Origin: Candidatus Dadabacteria bacterium
Lineage (GTDB): Bacteria > Desulfobacterota_D > UBA1144 > Nemesobacterales > CSP1-2
Length of the DNA stretch: 64,000 nucleotides
NCBI GenBank assembly: GCA_963805855.1
Contig: CAWDVW010000005.1
Coordinates: forward strand, 864,001 to 928,000
Reading direction: 5' to 3'
The notes beneath the pieces were generated by a model that saw only the letters and a list, made by a program, of their open reading frames with translations, searched no databases and was not told the DNA's origin. Positions 53,592-64,000 of the stretch are shown piece by piece (the first letter of the stretch is position 1; every line of letters begins with the position of its first letter). The position numbers and the translations under genes are program-made.

Positions 53592-55109
53592 ATGGAAGAA
53601 TTAAGGATAGAAGACATTGGGGAAATATTAAGAAGCAGGCTGAAGGGGTATGAGAAGAGAATAGAAACCTCCGAAGTGGGAACTATAATTTCCGTAGGTG
53701 ATGGCATAGCCCGAGCCTACGGGCTAGATCAAGCCATGGCCGGGGAACTAGTGGAATTCCAAAGTGGGATGATGGGTCTTGTATTAAACCTCGAAGAAGA
53801 CAATGTCGGTATAGCGATTTTTGGAGAGGATACCGAAGTTAGTGAAGGCCAAATTGTAAGGCGTACTGGTAGGGTTGCCGACGTTCCGGTAGGTGAAGAT
53901 ATGAAGGGCAGAGTTGTAAATGCCCTCGGTCAGCCAATAGATGGAAAAGGAGAGATCCAATCTGAAGAGAATAGACACGTAGAACTAAAAGCCCCGGGTG
54001 TTGTCTATCGCCAGTCTGTCCGAGAGCCATTGCAAACGGGTCTCAAAGCAATTGATTCAATGATCCCAATAGGAAGAGGCCAGAGGGAATTAATACTCGG
54101 AGACCGACAAACCGGGAAAACAGCCATTGCTGTAGATACCATAATTAACCAAAAGGGCGAGGATGTTTATTGCATTTATGTCGCGATTGGACAGAAACAG
54201 TCAACCGTTGCCCAGGTTGTGGACAAATTAAAGGAGCATGGCGCTATGGCGTATACAACCGTAGTTGCGGCGACAGCAAGCGACCCAGCACCATTTCAGT
54301 TCATCGCACCGTATACAGGCTGCGCCCTTGGCGAGCACTTCCGCGACAATGGAAAGCATGCGCTGGTAATATACGACGATCTGACTAAACATGCATGGGC
54401 TTACAGACAGATCTCGCTTCTTCTGAGACGACCACCTGGCAGAGAGGCTTACCCGGGTGATGTTTTTTATCTTCATTCAAGGCTGCTTGAACGGGCCGCA
54501 AAAATGAGAGATGAGAATGGAGGCGGCTCTCTCACCGCCCTTCCAGTAATCGAGACTCAGGCCGGAGATGTTTCCGCCTACATTCCAACAAATGTAATAT
54601 CAATTACCGACGGGCAGATTTACCTTGAGAGTGATCTATTCTATTCAGGTGTCAGACCGGCTATCAATGTGGGGCTCTCGGTCTCGCGTGTAGGGGGTTC
54701 GGCTCAAATTCGTGCCATGAAACGAGTTGCTGGAACCCTAAGATTAGAGCTCGCCCAATTCAGGGAGGTCGAAGCATTCTCTCAGTTCGCTTCCGATCTC
54801 GACAAAATTACACAAGCTCAACTTGCGCGCGGTAGCAGGCTTGTAGAGGCTTTAAAGCAAGGTCAGTATGATCCTTTGCCGGTTGAAAAACAGATACTTA
54901 TTATTTATGCGGTAACTAATGGTTTTGTTGACGATTACCCTGTGGAAAAGGTTAAGGATTATGAAAAAGAGCTGTACATATTCATGGAAACAAAACACAA
55001 GGACATCCTGGAAGCGATAAAGAAAACGAAGGAAATTAACGATGATCTCGCGGATAAGATCAAAAAGGCACTGCAGCAATTAAGAGATCAACTAGGAGAA
55101 TTTAAATAG
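53592..55109 (+). CDS. atpA: ATP synthase F1 subunit alpha
   Basis: [29 protein letters not shown]. Confidence 0.98.
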   Translation: MEELRIEDIGEILRSRLKGYEKRIETSEVGTIISVGDGIARAYGLDQAMAGELVEFQSGMMGLVLNLEEDNVGIAIFGEDTEVSEGQIVRRTGRVADVPVGEDMKGRVVNALGQPIDGKGEIQSEENRHVELKAPGVVYRQSVREPLQTGLKAIDSMIPIGRGQRELILGDRQTGKTAIAVDTIINQKGEDVYCIYVAIGQKQSTVAQVVDKLKEHGAMAYTTVVAATASDPAPFQFIAPYTGCALGEHFRDNGKHALVIYDDLTKHAWAYRQISLLLRRPPGREAYPGDVFYLHSRLLERAAKMRDENGGGSLTALPVIETQAGDVSAYIPTNVISITDGQIYLESDLFYSGVRPAINVGLSVSRVGGSAQIRAMKRVAGTLRLELAQFREVEAFSQFASDLDKITQAQLARGSRLVEALKQGQYDPLPVEKQILIIYAVTNGFVDDYPVEKVKDYEKELYIFMETKHKDILEAIKKTKEINDDLADKIKKALQQLRDQLGEFK

Positions 55110-55156
55110 TGTTCTGGGAAGATTTTTCATTCGTTCTCGAAAAAGGATAAATTTCA

Positions 55157-57464
<2,308 letters not shown>

Positions 57465-57609
57465 TTCAAAGGTTATGATTCACAGACACAGTTACTGGGG
57501 ATCCAGATTTTAAAGAAGTAATTGTACCCGACTAATGAATTCGGTAATTGCTATTATGCACACATGTCTATGTTTACTGACTGGATGAGTTTGAAGGGAG
57601 ATATTTAAA

Positions 57610-58014
57610 TTGGCAGACACACTAAATCTCAGGGTGATCACCCCTTCAAAGCTGGTAATAGATGAAGAGGTGGATGAGGTTGTTGCCCCTGGTGATTCAG
57701 GGGAGTTCGGAGTACTCCCAGGACACTGTCCTTTTATAACCACACTGATGCCAGGGGAGCTTACCTACAAAATTAATGGAGCGGGAAAATCTATGATCAT
57801 TGACAGTGGAATAGCAGAGGTATCAGACGATAGGGTCAATGTGTTAACAGATAATGTCTTAAAATCCGAAGAAATCGATCCCGAGGCGGCAAGAAGAGAA
57901 GCCGAATCCATTTTAGAGGAACTCAAAGACTTTGGTGGTGGCAATAAGGAATTCAAGGAGATAGAAAGAAGGCTGAAATTAGCAGAGGTGAAGGCAAACG
58001 TCAAGAGAGCCTAA
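57610..58014 (+). CDS. atpC: ATP synthase F1 subunit epsilon
   Basis: LRVITP, GEFGVLPGH. Confidence 0.95.
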   Translation: MADTLNLRVITPSKLVIDEEVDEVVAPGDSGEFGVLPGHCPFITTLMPGELTYKINGAGKSMIIDSGIAEVSDDRVNVLTDNVLKSEEIDPEAARREAESILEELKDFGGGNKEFKEIERRLKLAEVKANVKRA

Positions 58015-58124
58015 GAATCAACCCCCCTAACGCCCGAGGATATACGCCCTCTTTTAAGAAATGGGAGTTTTGAAAAAATAGTCTATCTGTTGAAATGCCG
58101 CTTCTAGCTATTTCTGATGCTGGG

Positions 58125-58913
58125 CTATCCCAAGGATCCCTTGTCGACCCACACACGGGTAACCTTAATCTGCCGTATTAGTGGTTTAATCATGGATACA
58201 AGGAAAAGTGTAAATTCTTTCTCAGCCCTTATTAAGTTGGCTCTTGGAGGAAAGTGCTCTTTCCTTAGGACTCGGGTTATCTCTCGCAATTTCTTCTCAG
58301 AATAATAGCCATTTTCTCTAAGAACTGATTGTATTTGTTTCTTTGTAGCCTTCTGAGCATCACAGTGTGTGGGAAAAGCCTCTAAGAACTGCAGAGACAC
58401 AATACAAGATATATCATTGAATAGATTGAGGGCCTGTGGAAAATATTGTCGCAGAGAATCTCTGAGCTGATTCGATAGTTTCGTCTTAAGTTCAACGAGT
58501 GATTCTCTATCCCTTAGAACGATTCCGAGCTCTTGGGTGAGTTGATCGTCTGCAGTGACTGCATTCAAAGTACTTATGTCTGTGCGCAAGACATTTGCTA
58601 TAACAAATGCGTCGAAACTATCGCTTTTTACACCTGAAGTCTTATACCTCTTTCTGAACTTATCCATAGAGTTGGAATTTATTAGATAGACCTTGTAGTC
58701 GTAGCTGATTAAAAAGTCTATAACCCTTTGATTAGAGGTCTCAATGGCGAAGATGATCTCGTGCTCTTTACACAGGTGACGAATAGTGGAAAGGGCATAC
58801 ATGAAGCCATCGAGATCATTGTTGATTACAAAATCTTTAATCGGATTACCTTTGTCATCTATGATGAACAAAGTTAATTGCTCCCAAGACCAGTCAATAC
58901 CACAGTAAAGCAT
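58125..58913 (-). pseudogene. IS110-family recombinase/transposase, C-terminally truncated
   Basis: DEDD RuvC-like residues in GIDWS, FAIE and KSDSFD; L..LRDR..L....T...NQLR..L..YFP coiled coil; resemblance ends at about QIK (~58162) and the C-terminal Tnp domain is absent; AAGGAGG RBS. Confidence 0.88.
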
Positions 58914-58949
58914 ATCTATGCCTCCTTATTAATTAGATTTTAAATGACC

Positions 58950-59090
58950 TCGATGCTCTGTTATTCTTATATGGGTTCTCCAGGAACGTAACACTATGGA
59001 ACTTAGAGCATGATTAGCTTGGAGAGGGACATAACTACCCAAAGTGGTCAGGCCACAAGCCCACCAGGGTCCTCTCTCCAAGTTGGTCTT
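58950..59090 (-). ncRNA. Predicted IS110 bridge RNA (target-binding loop followed by donor-binding loop)
   Basis: Two stem/internal-loop/stem hairpins (59018-59082 and 58953-59011); loop segments match the element's left junction (59057-59067 = 59108-59118; 58966-58973 is the reverse complement of 59103-59110). Ends approximate. Confidence 0.8.
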
Positions 59091-59095
59091 TGGGA

Positions 59096-59104
59096 AGCAT
59101 AACA
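59096..59104 (-). promoter_or_regulatory. Extended -10 element (TGnTATGCT) just inside the IS110 left end
   Basis: Minus strand TGTTATGCT, hexamer 7 nt from the core and upstream of the predicted RNA; no -35 in the linear form. Confidence 0.55.
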
Positions 59105-59108
59105 TATA

Positions 59109-59132
59109 AGCCCACCAGTCTTGCTGGTGGGT
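59109..59132. repeat. REP-like palindrome interrupted by the IS110 insertion
   Basis: CCCACCAG-TCTTG-CTGGTGGG perfect 8-bp stem abutting the core. Confidence 0.7.
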
Positions 59133-59162
59133 ATAAAGGGTATTGAGTACTATCACATAGAT

Positions 59163-59308
59163 GTAGTGGAGAACTCCAGTCCTCCAAAAACGACGACCAA
59201 AAGGTCGCCGATGCATTTGGACTAGATTTAATCGGGACTGGAAAGTCCCGACTATCCATGATAAATAATATTGTCATCAATTACGATAGGCGGGGTTTTC
59301 CAACCCGG
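59163..59308. repeat. Cluster of GTAG/GATAG-footed REP-like hairpins
   Basis: GTAG-TGGAGAACT-CC-AGTCCTCCA (59163-59186); TCGGGACT-GGAA-AGTCCCGA-CTATC (59232-59256); GATAG-GCGGGGTT-TTCC-AACCCGG (59285-59308). Confidence 0.6.
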
Positions 59309-59507
59309 TATCGACAAAACATTTGGAATTGGAAACCTGAATGTTTACACAGCAATTACGGTAAACCATCAGTCCCTGTCCTGGGCCGTTGCACAGGGCT
59401 TACGACAGGCTTAGGCGAAGGGTTGCTGGTGGGATGATCTATGGTCACGAGCAAGCCTGTCCTTGTATATTAATAAGTGGATCGTGACGACCTAACCAGT
59501 CAAAAAT

Positions 59508-60858
59508 TCACATGAGGTTATAATAGTCGAGCCCAAGGTGGGTAATTAACTCCTCGCCCTTGAGATAGCGGAGGGTATTTTTTAACTTCATGAGCTGTAT
59601 AAACAGGTCATGCTCGGGATAGAGGTTTTCCCCGACCATAGGACTCTTGAAATAAAAAGAGAGCCATTCCTGAATGCCGTATAAATACGCTCTTTGAGCA
59701 AGATCCATAAAGAGCACTAAATCAAGGACTATAGGGGCAGCGAGGATACTGTCACGACAAAGAAAATTGACCTTAATCTGCATTGGATACCCAAGCCATC
59801 CAAATATATCTATATTATCCCAAGCCTCTTTCTCGTCGCCTCTCGGCGGATAGTAATTGATTCTTACCTTATGGTAGTAGTCTGAATACAGATCAGGGTA
59901 TAATTCCGGTTGAAGAATGTACTCTAGTACACCCAGTTTGCTGACCTCTTTAGTCTTAAATGAGTAGGGATCATCGAGAACCTCACCGTCTCTATTTCCG
60001 AGTATATTGGTTGAAAACCAACCGTTAACGCCTATCATTCTACTCTTGAGCCCTGGTGCCAAGATCGTCTTCATTAGAGTTTGGCCTGTTTTGAAGTCCT
60101 TGCCAGCTATAGGAACCTTCTTTACTTTTGCAAGCTCAATCAGCGCCGGTATGTCCGCCGAAAGGTTTGGAGCCCCATTTGCATATGGCACGCCACTTTT
60201 TATTGCCGCGTATGCATAAATCATGCTAGGGGCTATATGCGGATGATTATCCTTTAACCCCATTTCAAAACTCCTGATAGATTGATGAACCGCAGAAGAC
60301 TCAATATATGTTTCGGTGCTACCACACCATACCATTACCATCCGATCGAGCTTATTCAGCTTACTAAAATTTGATATATCTTCTATGATTTGTTCGGCAA
60401 GATCCATTTTGGTCTTCCCCTTCTTTAAGTTCTTGCCGTTGAGTCTCTTAACAAACTTCTTATCGAACACTGCCGGCATAGGCTCAATATCCTCTAGAAC
60501 TGCTCGCAAGTCATCTAGAAGGCCCGACCTCAAGCACGCCCGCTTTAATTGCTGCTTCGTATATGTTGTCGTTGAATATGTCCCATCCACCGAATGCTAT
60601 ATTAGATATATCTGCTAAAGGGATGAATTCTTTGATGAGAGGAACCTTCCTTTCAGTCCTCTTACCGAGTCTTATCGTTCCTAATTGAGTGAGTGAACCT
60701 ATTGGCTTTCCAATTCCCCTTTTTATTGCTTCAATCCCGGCAATAAAGGTAGTACTTACAGCACCACCCATACCGGGGAGCAAAACCCCGAGTCTCCCAT
60801 TGGGAGAGCCAATGACCTTTTTCTTCTTAAGTCTGGTATTCCGGCTTTTGGTTGGCAA
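59508..60858 (-). CDS. ino1: myo-inositol-1-phosphate synthase, single-base frameshift at ~60522-60530
   Basis: GMGGAVSTT and FGGWD in the first ORF; WCGSTE, NGAPN, GKDFKTGQT, NILGNRDG, CRDSILAAP, SFYFKSP in the second; deleting one G joins them. Confidence 0.88.
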
Positions 60859-60866
60859 TGGAGGAA

Positions 60867-61259
60867 CTACCTCTTAGAGAACTGCTGACCTCTCCGTGCC
60901 TTTCGCTTACCATATTTTTTTCTTTCGACCATTCTGGGATCTCTTCGCAGAAGACCTGCAGACTTCAGTGGCTTTTTCAAAGAGTCACCGACCTGGATTA
61001 GAGCCCTGGCAATACCATGTCTCACGGCACCAGCCTGACCGGTGAGTCCGCCACCCTTCACATCCACCAGAACATCATATTTGTCGAGTGTTTGCGTTAA
61101 TTGCAGGGGTTCCAAAACGTTACTTCTCCAGGCATCTCTCGGAAAGTATTCATCAAATGGCTTGTCGTTAACCAAAATTTTCCCCTCTCCGGAACGTAGC
61201 CATACCCTGGCCACCGATGTTTTTCTTCTCCCAGTTCCATGATAGTTAATTTCAGCCAT
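60867..61259 (-). CDS. rpsI: 30S ribosomal protein S9
   Basis: [37 protein letters not shown]. Confidence 0.97.
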   Translation of the reverse strand: MAEINYHGTGRRKTSVARVWLRSGEGKILVNDKPFDEYFPRDAWRSNVLEPLQLTQTLDKYDVLVDVKGGGLTGQAGAVRHGIARALIQVGDSLKKPLKSAGLLRRDPRMVERKKYGKRKARRGQQFSKR

Positions 61260-61266
61260 CTGTTAT

Positions 61267-61695
61267 TTATACCTCCAACACTTCAGGCTCCTGAGCTTTA
61301 TGTGGATGAGCGTTTCCCGTATAGATTTTCAACCTCTTTATTAACCTGTCCTGCCACTTATTTTTCGGAAGCATACCCCATACAGCCTTTCTGATTATTT
61401 CCTCGGGCTTCATTTTTAGTAAATTTTCTGCTGTGATTGATTTAAGACCACCTGGATAACCACTGTGCCTGTAATACGTTTTTTGATTCCATTTTTTTCC
61501 GGTAAAATTCACCTTTTCCGCATTTACCACAATTACGAAATCTCCACTATCAGCGTGGGGTGTGAACTGTGGTTTGTCCTTACCCATCAGGGTCATAGCC
61601 ACCTTTGTTGCGAGCCTGCCGACAGTTTTTCCATCAGCATCAACAATATGCCATTTCTTTTTAATATCCACATCCCTTGCCATATATGTTTTCAT
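61267..61695 (-). CDS. rplM: 50S ribosomal protein L13
   Basis: MKTY..., W.IVDA....GRLA, FTPH.D.GD, HSGYPGGL; ATG at 61695. Confidence 0.97.
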   Translation of the reverse strand: MKTYMARDVDIKKKWHIVDADGKTVGRLATKVAMTLMGKDKPQFTPHADSGDFVIVVNAEKVNFTGKKWNQKTYYRHSGYPGGLKSITAENLLKMKPEEIIRKAVWGMLPKNKWQDRLIKRLKIYTGNAHPHKAQEPEVLEV

Positions 61696-61773
61696 TCGCA
61701 ACAATCCCCGGAAAAAATGCAAAGGTGAAATTCTACCAAACACCCCTTGATTGTCAAGACAAAATCCATATAG

Positions 61774-62355
61774 CTAATTTGAAAACTTAGCTATAATAGA
61801 CCTGTAGGTTACAACGCTCTGGACACCGTGAACCCTAAAGTCATTGAAGACAACTGTGGGTACCCCCAGCACGTCAATCTTTTGAGCATCCCTTCTATAG
61901 GACCCAAGAATTTTTGCCATTTCTCCATTTTTCAGATTAATCTCCAATTCATCCCTGTCAATTCCAACCTTAGTGCCTATTTCGAGTACGGTATCTTTGT
62001 CTCCTATATTTTTTCTTTCAAGGAAATAAGACTCATAACACAGGTTGTGAAACTCGATAAACTTACCCTTTGTTTTTGAAAACTCTGCCGCCTCAAGACA
62101 AAGCCTGGAGTTAGTTATAAACCCAGGAAGTTTAAATTTTATCGCTTCCTCCTCCATCACGCTTTGTAAAGACTCTGCCGTCCTTATGGCCCTTAATGTC
62201 TGTCGTCGTTTTCTCCCCTGAGGAGAGTACTCCGGGTGGATTTCATAACCCTTCCATTCTACTTCTATGCCGTATTCCGCTCCAATTTGTTGCATCCGCT
62301 TCGAGCCAACAAACGAGAAGGGGCAGATATAATCGTAGAAAACCGTTATCTTCAT
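61774..62355 (-). CDS. DsbA/FrnE-like thioredoxin-fold protein (CxxS)
   Basis: FYDYICPFSF, EIHPE, GVPT. Confidence 0.85.
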   Translation of the reverse strand: MKITVFYDYICPFSFVGSKRMQQIGAEYGIEVEWKGYEIHPEYSPQGRKRRQTLRAIRTAESLQSVMEEEAIKFKLPGFITNSRLCLEAAEFSKTKGKFIEFHNLCYESYFLERKNIGDKDTVLEIGTKVGIDRDELEINLKNGEMAKILGSYRRDAQKIDVLGVPTVVFNDFRVHGVQSVVTYRSIIAKFSN

Positions 62356-62601
62356 CGATTTATTTCACAATAGAAATCTTCTTAGCTGAAAATATAAAAA
62401 GTAAACCCGATAAAATCAACTATAGAAACAACGAAACTCCCTTCAGCAAGCTGCAGGGCATCATAATAGAAACTGAGAATCTCAGCTGCCATTGCTGTAG
62501 ATGTTAGATAATTCGGGGGCAGTATCTGAGATTTTAAATGGGCATTCAAAAAATTGCCAAAATCAATTCCGGAAGCGTTAAAAAAAGTGACAATCATTCC
62601 T

Positions 62602-63009
62602 GTCATCTCGAAGGAATACTTCGACGTAGCTCAGTACAGCCTCCGTGACTGAGAGAACTAATTATAGTACTAGACATCTCGTATTCGCTCGATACGAAAG
62701 CGTTTATTGTCAGCCCTTGATTTTTGTTTCTTTGTATCAAGACAAAGAAAATAAAAAATTAAACAATGGATCCCCGATTAAGCTTGTCCCCGCATGATTA
62801 TGACGGGGGAACATTCGAGGATGACGGATGAGTAAATTTCCAGAAAATCTATTATTTTTTGGATTTTGTCCACGAAATCCAAAACATCTACAATTGCGAG
62901 AGACTTAAAAAGTCTCGAAGCAATCTCCTTCGGCATTGGCAGAGCGTTTGATTATCCATTCCATTATAGGATTAACCCAGCAGATTGCCTCGCTAACGCT
63001 CGCAATGAC
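62602..63009. repeat. Cluster of degenerate GTCAT...ATGAC-type palindromic (MITE/RPE-like) repeats
   Basis: ATTGCGAG..CGAAGCAATCT (62893-62926) pairs with AGATTGCCTCG..CTCGCAATGAC (62982-63009); TGGATCCCCG..CGAGGATGAC (62767-62825); GTCATCTCG..CTTCGAC..GCTCAG (from 62602). Confidence 0.55.
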
Positions 63010-63143
63010 GGGTAACGGGAAACCCAGTAGCAAGCTACAGGGAATTCACTGATTAAAGTAGACTTCGTCTTTTTTCTATTTAATTGGTTTAGTTATGCGG
63101 TCGGTTAATATAATATTAGGAAGATCAAAGAGGATAAGATTCA

Positions 63144-63503
63144 ATGATAGAATTAATTCCTACCAATGCAGACAATCTCATCGGTTGCAGGATAGATGGC
63201 AAGATAAACACCGAAGATATAGAAAGGATTGCAAACTATATCGAAGATAAGTTTGTAAAAAATAAAAAACTAAGAATCTATGTCGAAGTAATAAAGCTGG
63301 AGGGAATTTCTCTAGAAGCCTTATTTAAAGACCTTAAATTGGGAATCAAACACTTTAGCGATTTTGACAAAAAGGCCGTCGTTACAGACAAGGAATGGAT
63401 GAAAAAGGTTGCCGCTCTTGCGGATAGAATATTTCCGAACATTGAGGTAAGGTGCTTTTCTTTTGAAGATCAGGAAAAGGCGTTAGAATGGGCGAAGTCT
63501 TAA
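63144..63503 (+). CDS. SpoIIAA-like (STAS/SEC14) protein
   Basis: IDGKINTED, ALFKDLKLG, KAVVTDKEW, A.EW. Confidence 0.8.
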   Translation: MIELIPTNADNLIGCRIDGKINTEDIERIANYIEDKFVKNKKLRIYVEVIKLEGISLEALFKDLKLGIKHFSDFDKKAVVTDKEWMKKVAALADRIFPNIEVRCFSFEDQEKALEWAKS

Positions 63504-63514
63504 AATAAAGGCTA

Positions 63515-64000
63515 TTAAAACTCTACAAGCTCTACTCTTCTATTCTTTGCTCTACCCTCTTCCGTCCGGTTTGAAGCAACGGGAGCAAGAAATCCAAGCC
63601 CTTCGGGTGTAAGCCTCGAGGGTTCAATTCCATGATCATTTATTAACCTGCTTACAACCGATTTTGCTCGCTTCTTAGACAGATTTATGTTGTATTCCAA
63701 ACTGCCCTCATTGTCAGTATGCCCAACGATAAATACCTTGAGATCCGGCTCCTTTTTTAAAAATTTTGCAATTTCTGCGATTGTGGGTTCAGACTCGGGT
63801 TTTATGTCAGCTTTATCAAAGTCAAAATAGATACCATAGATTGACACACTGCCAGACGACATAATCTCTTTCGCCATTTCCTCTGCATCAATCTTAACCA
63901 TCTGTTCCTGCATAGGCACTAGCTCGATGACGTCTACCTGAGTATAAATGTAATTTTTAGTTCGGCCTCCACCAGTCGTGTTCTTGATTACATAAACAGA
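63515..64000 (-). CDS. OmpA-family peptidoglycan-binding protein, 5' part outside the window
   Basis: IYFDFDKA, VGHTD, LSKKRA, NRRVEL; frame stays open to position 64000. Confidence 0.9.
   Translation of the reverse strand, partial: SVYVIKNTTGGGRTKNYIYTQVDVIELVPMQEQMVKIDAEEMAKEIMSSGSVSIYGIYFDFDKADIKPESEPTIAEIAKFLKKEPDLKVFIVGHTDNEGSLEYNINLSKKRAKSVVSRLINDHGIEPSRLTPEGLGFLAPVASNRTEEGRAKNRRVELVEF

Larger units (their letters stand above)
58162..59110 (-). mobile_element. IS110-family element remnant (left end intact, right end missing)
   Basis: Left boundary inferred at core CT (59109-59110) from guide matches; right boundary where transposase resemblance stops. Confidence 0.75.

Noticed and set aside
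58929-59280. Two short minus-strand ORFs (95 and 81 aa)
   Set aside because: They overlap the structured IS110 left end and REP hairpins and have no protein features; better explained as non-coding.
62382-62606. 74-aa minus-strand ORF upstream of the DsbA-like gene
   Set aside because: Start lies within a repeat element and no family was recognised; cannot be supported.

Overview
Bacterial chromosomal segment, mostly housekeeping genes: suf operon, rho, yebC-ruvCAB, tolQRA, argS, ffh-rpsP-khpA-rimM-trmD-rplS, purB, atp b'/b/delta/alpha/gamma/beta/epsilon and rplM-rpsI. Gene content looks like a diderm, deltaproteobacteria-like organism, possibly Dadabacteria (inference only). The most striking item is a 3'-truncated IS110-family recombinase (58125-58913, minus strand). 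Its upstream non-coding end (~58950-59110) folds by eye into the two internal-loop hairpins of a bridge RNA. Two guide segments match the element's own insertion junction exactly (left target CTGGTGGG, core CT, right donor TATATG), and the inferred target is a GTAG-type REP palindrome. Other highlights are a 1419-aa malate synthase/isocitrate lyase (ICL2-type) fusion, a RAYT transposase with four cognate REP copies (one inside its own CDS), a TrmD-SPOUT fusion, a DsbC-N-repeat paralog pair, ino1 plus a PI(P)-synthase-like gene, small gene remnants, and three single-base frameshifts (tolA, RDD gene, ino1) that probably reflect sequencing error. No rRNA, tRNA or CRISPR array was recognised. All calls come from motif recognition by eye; no database searches or folding programs were run.
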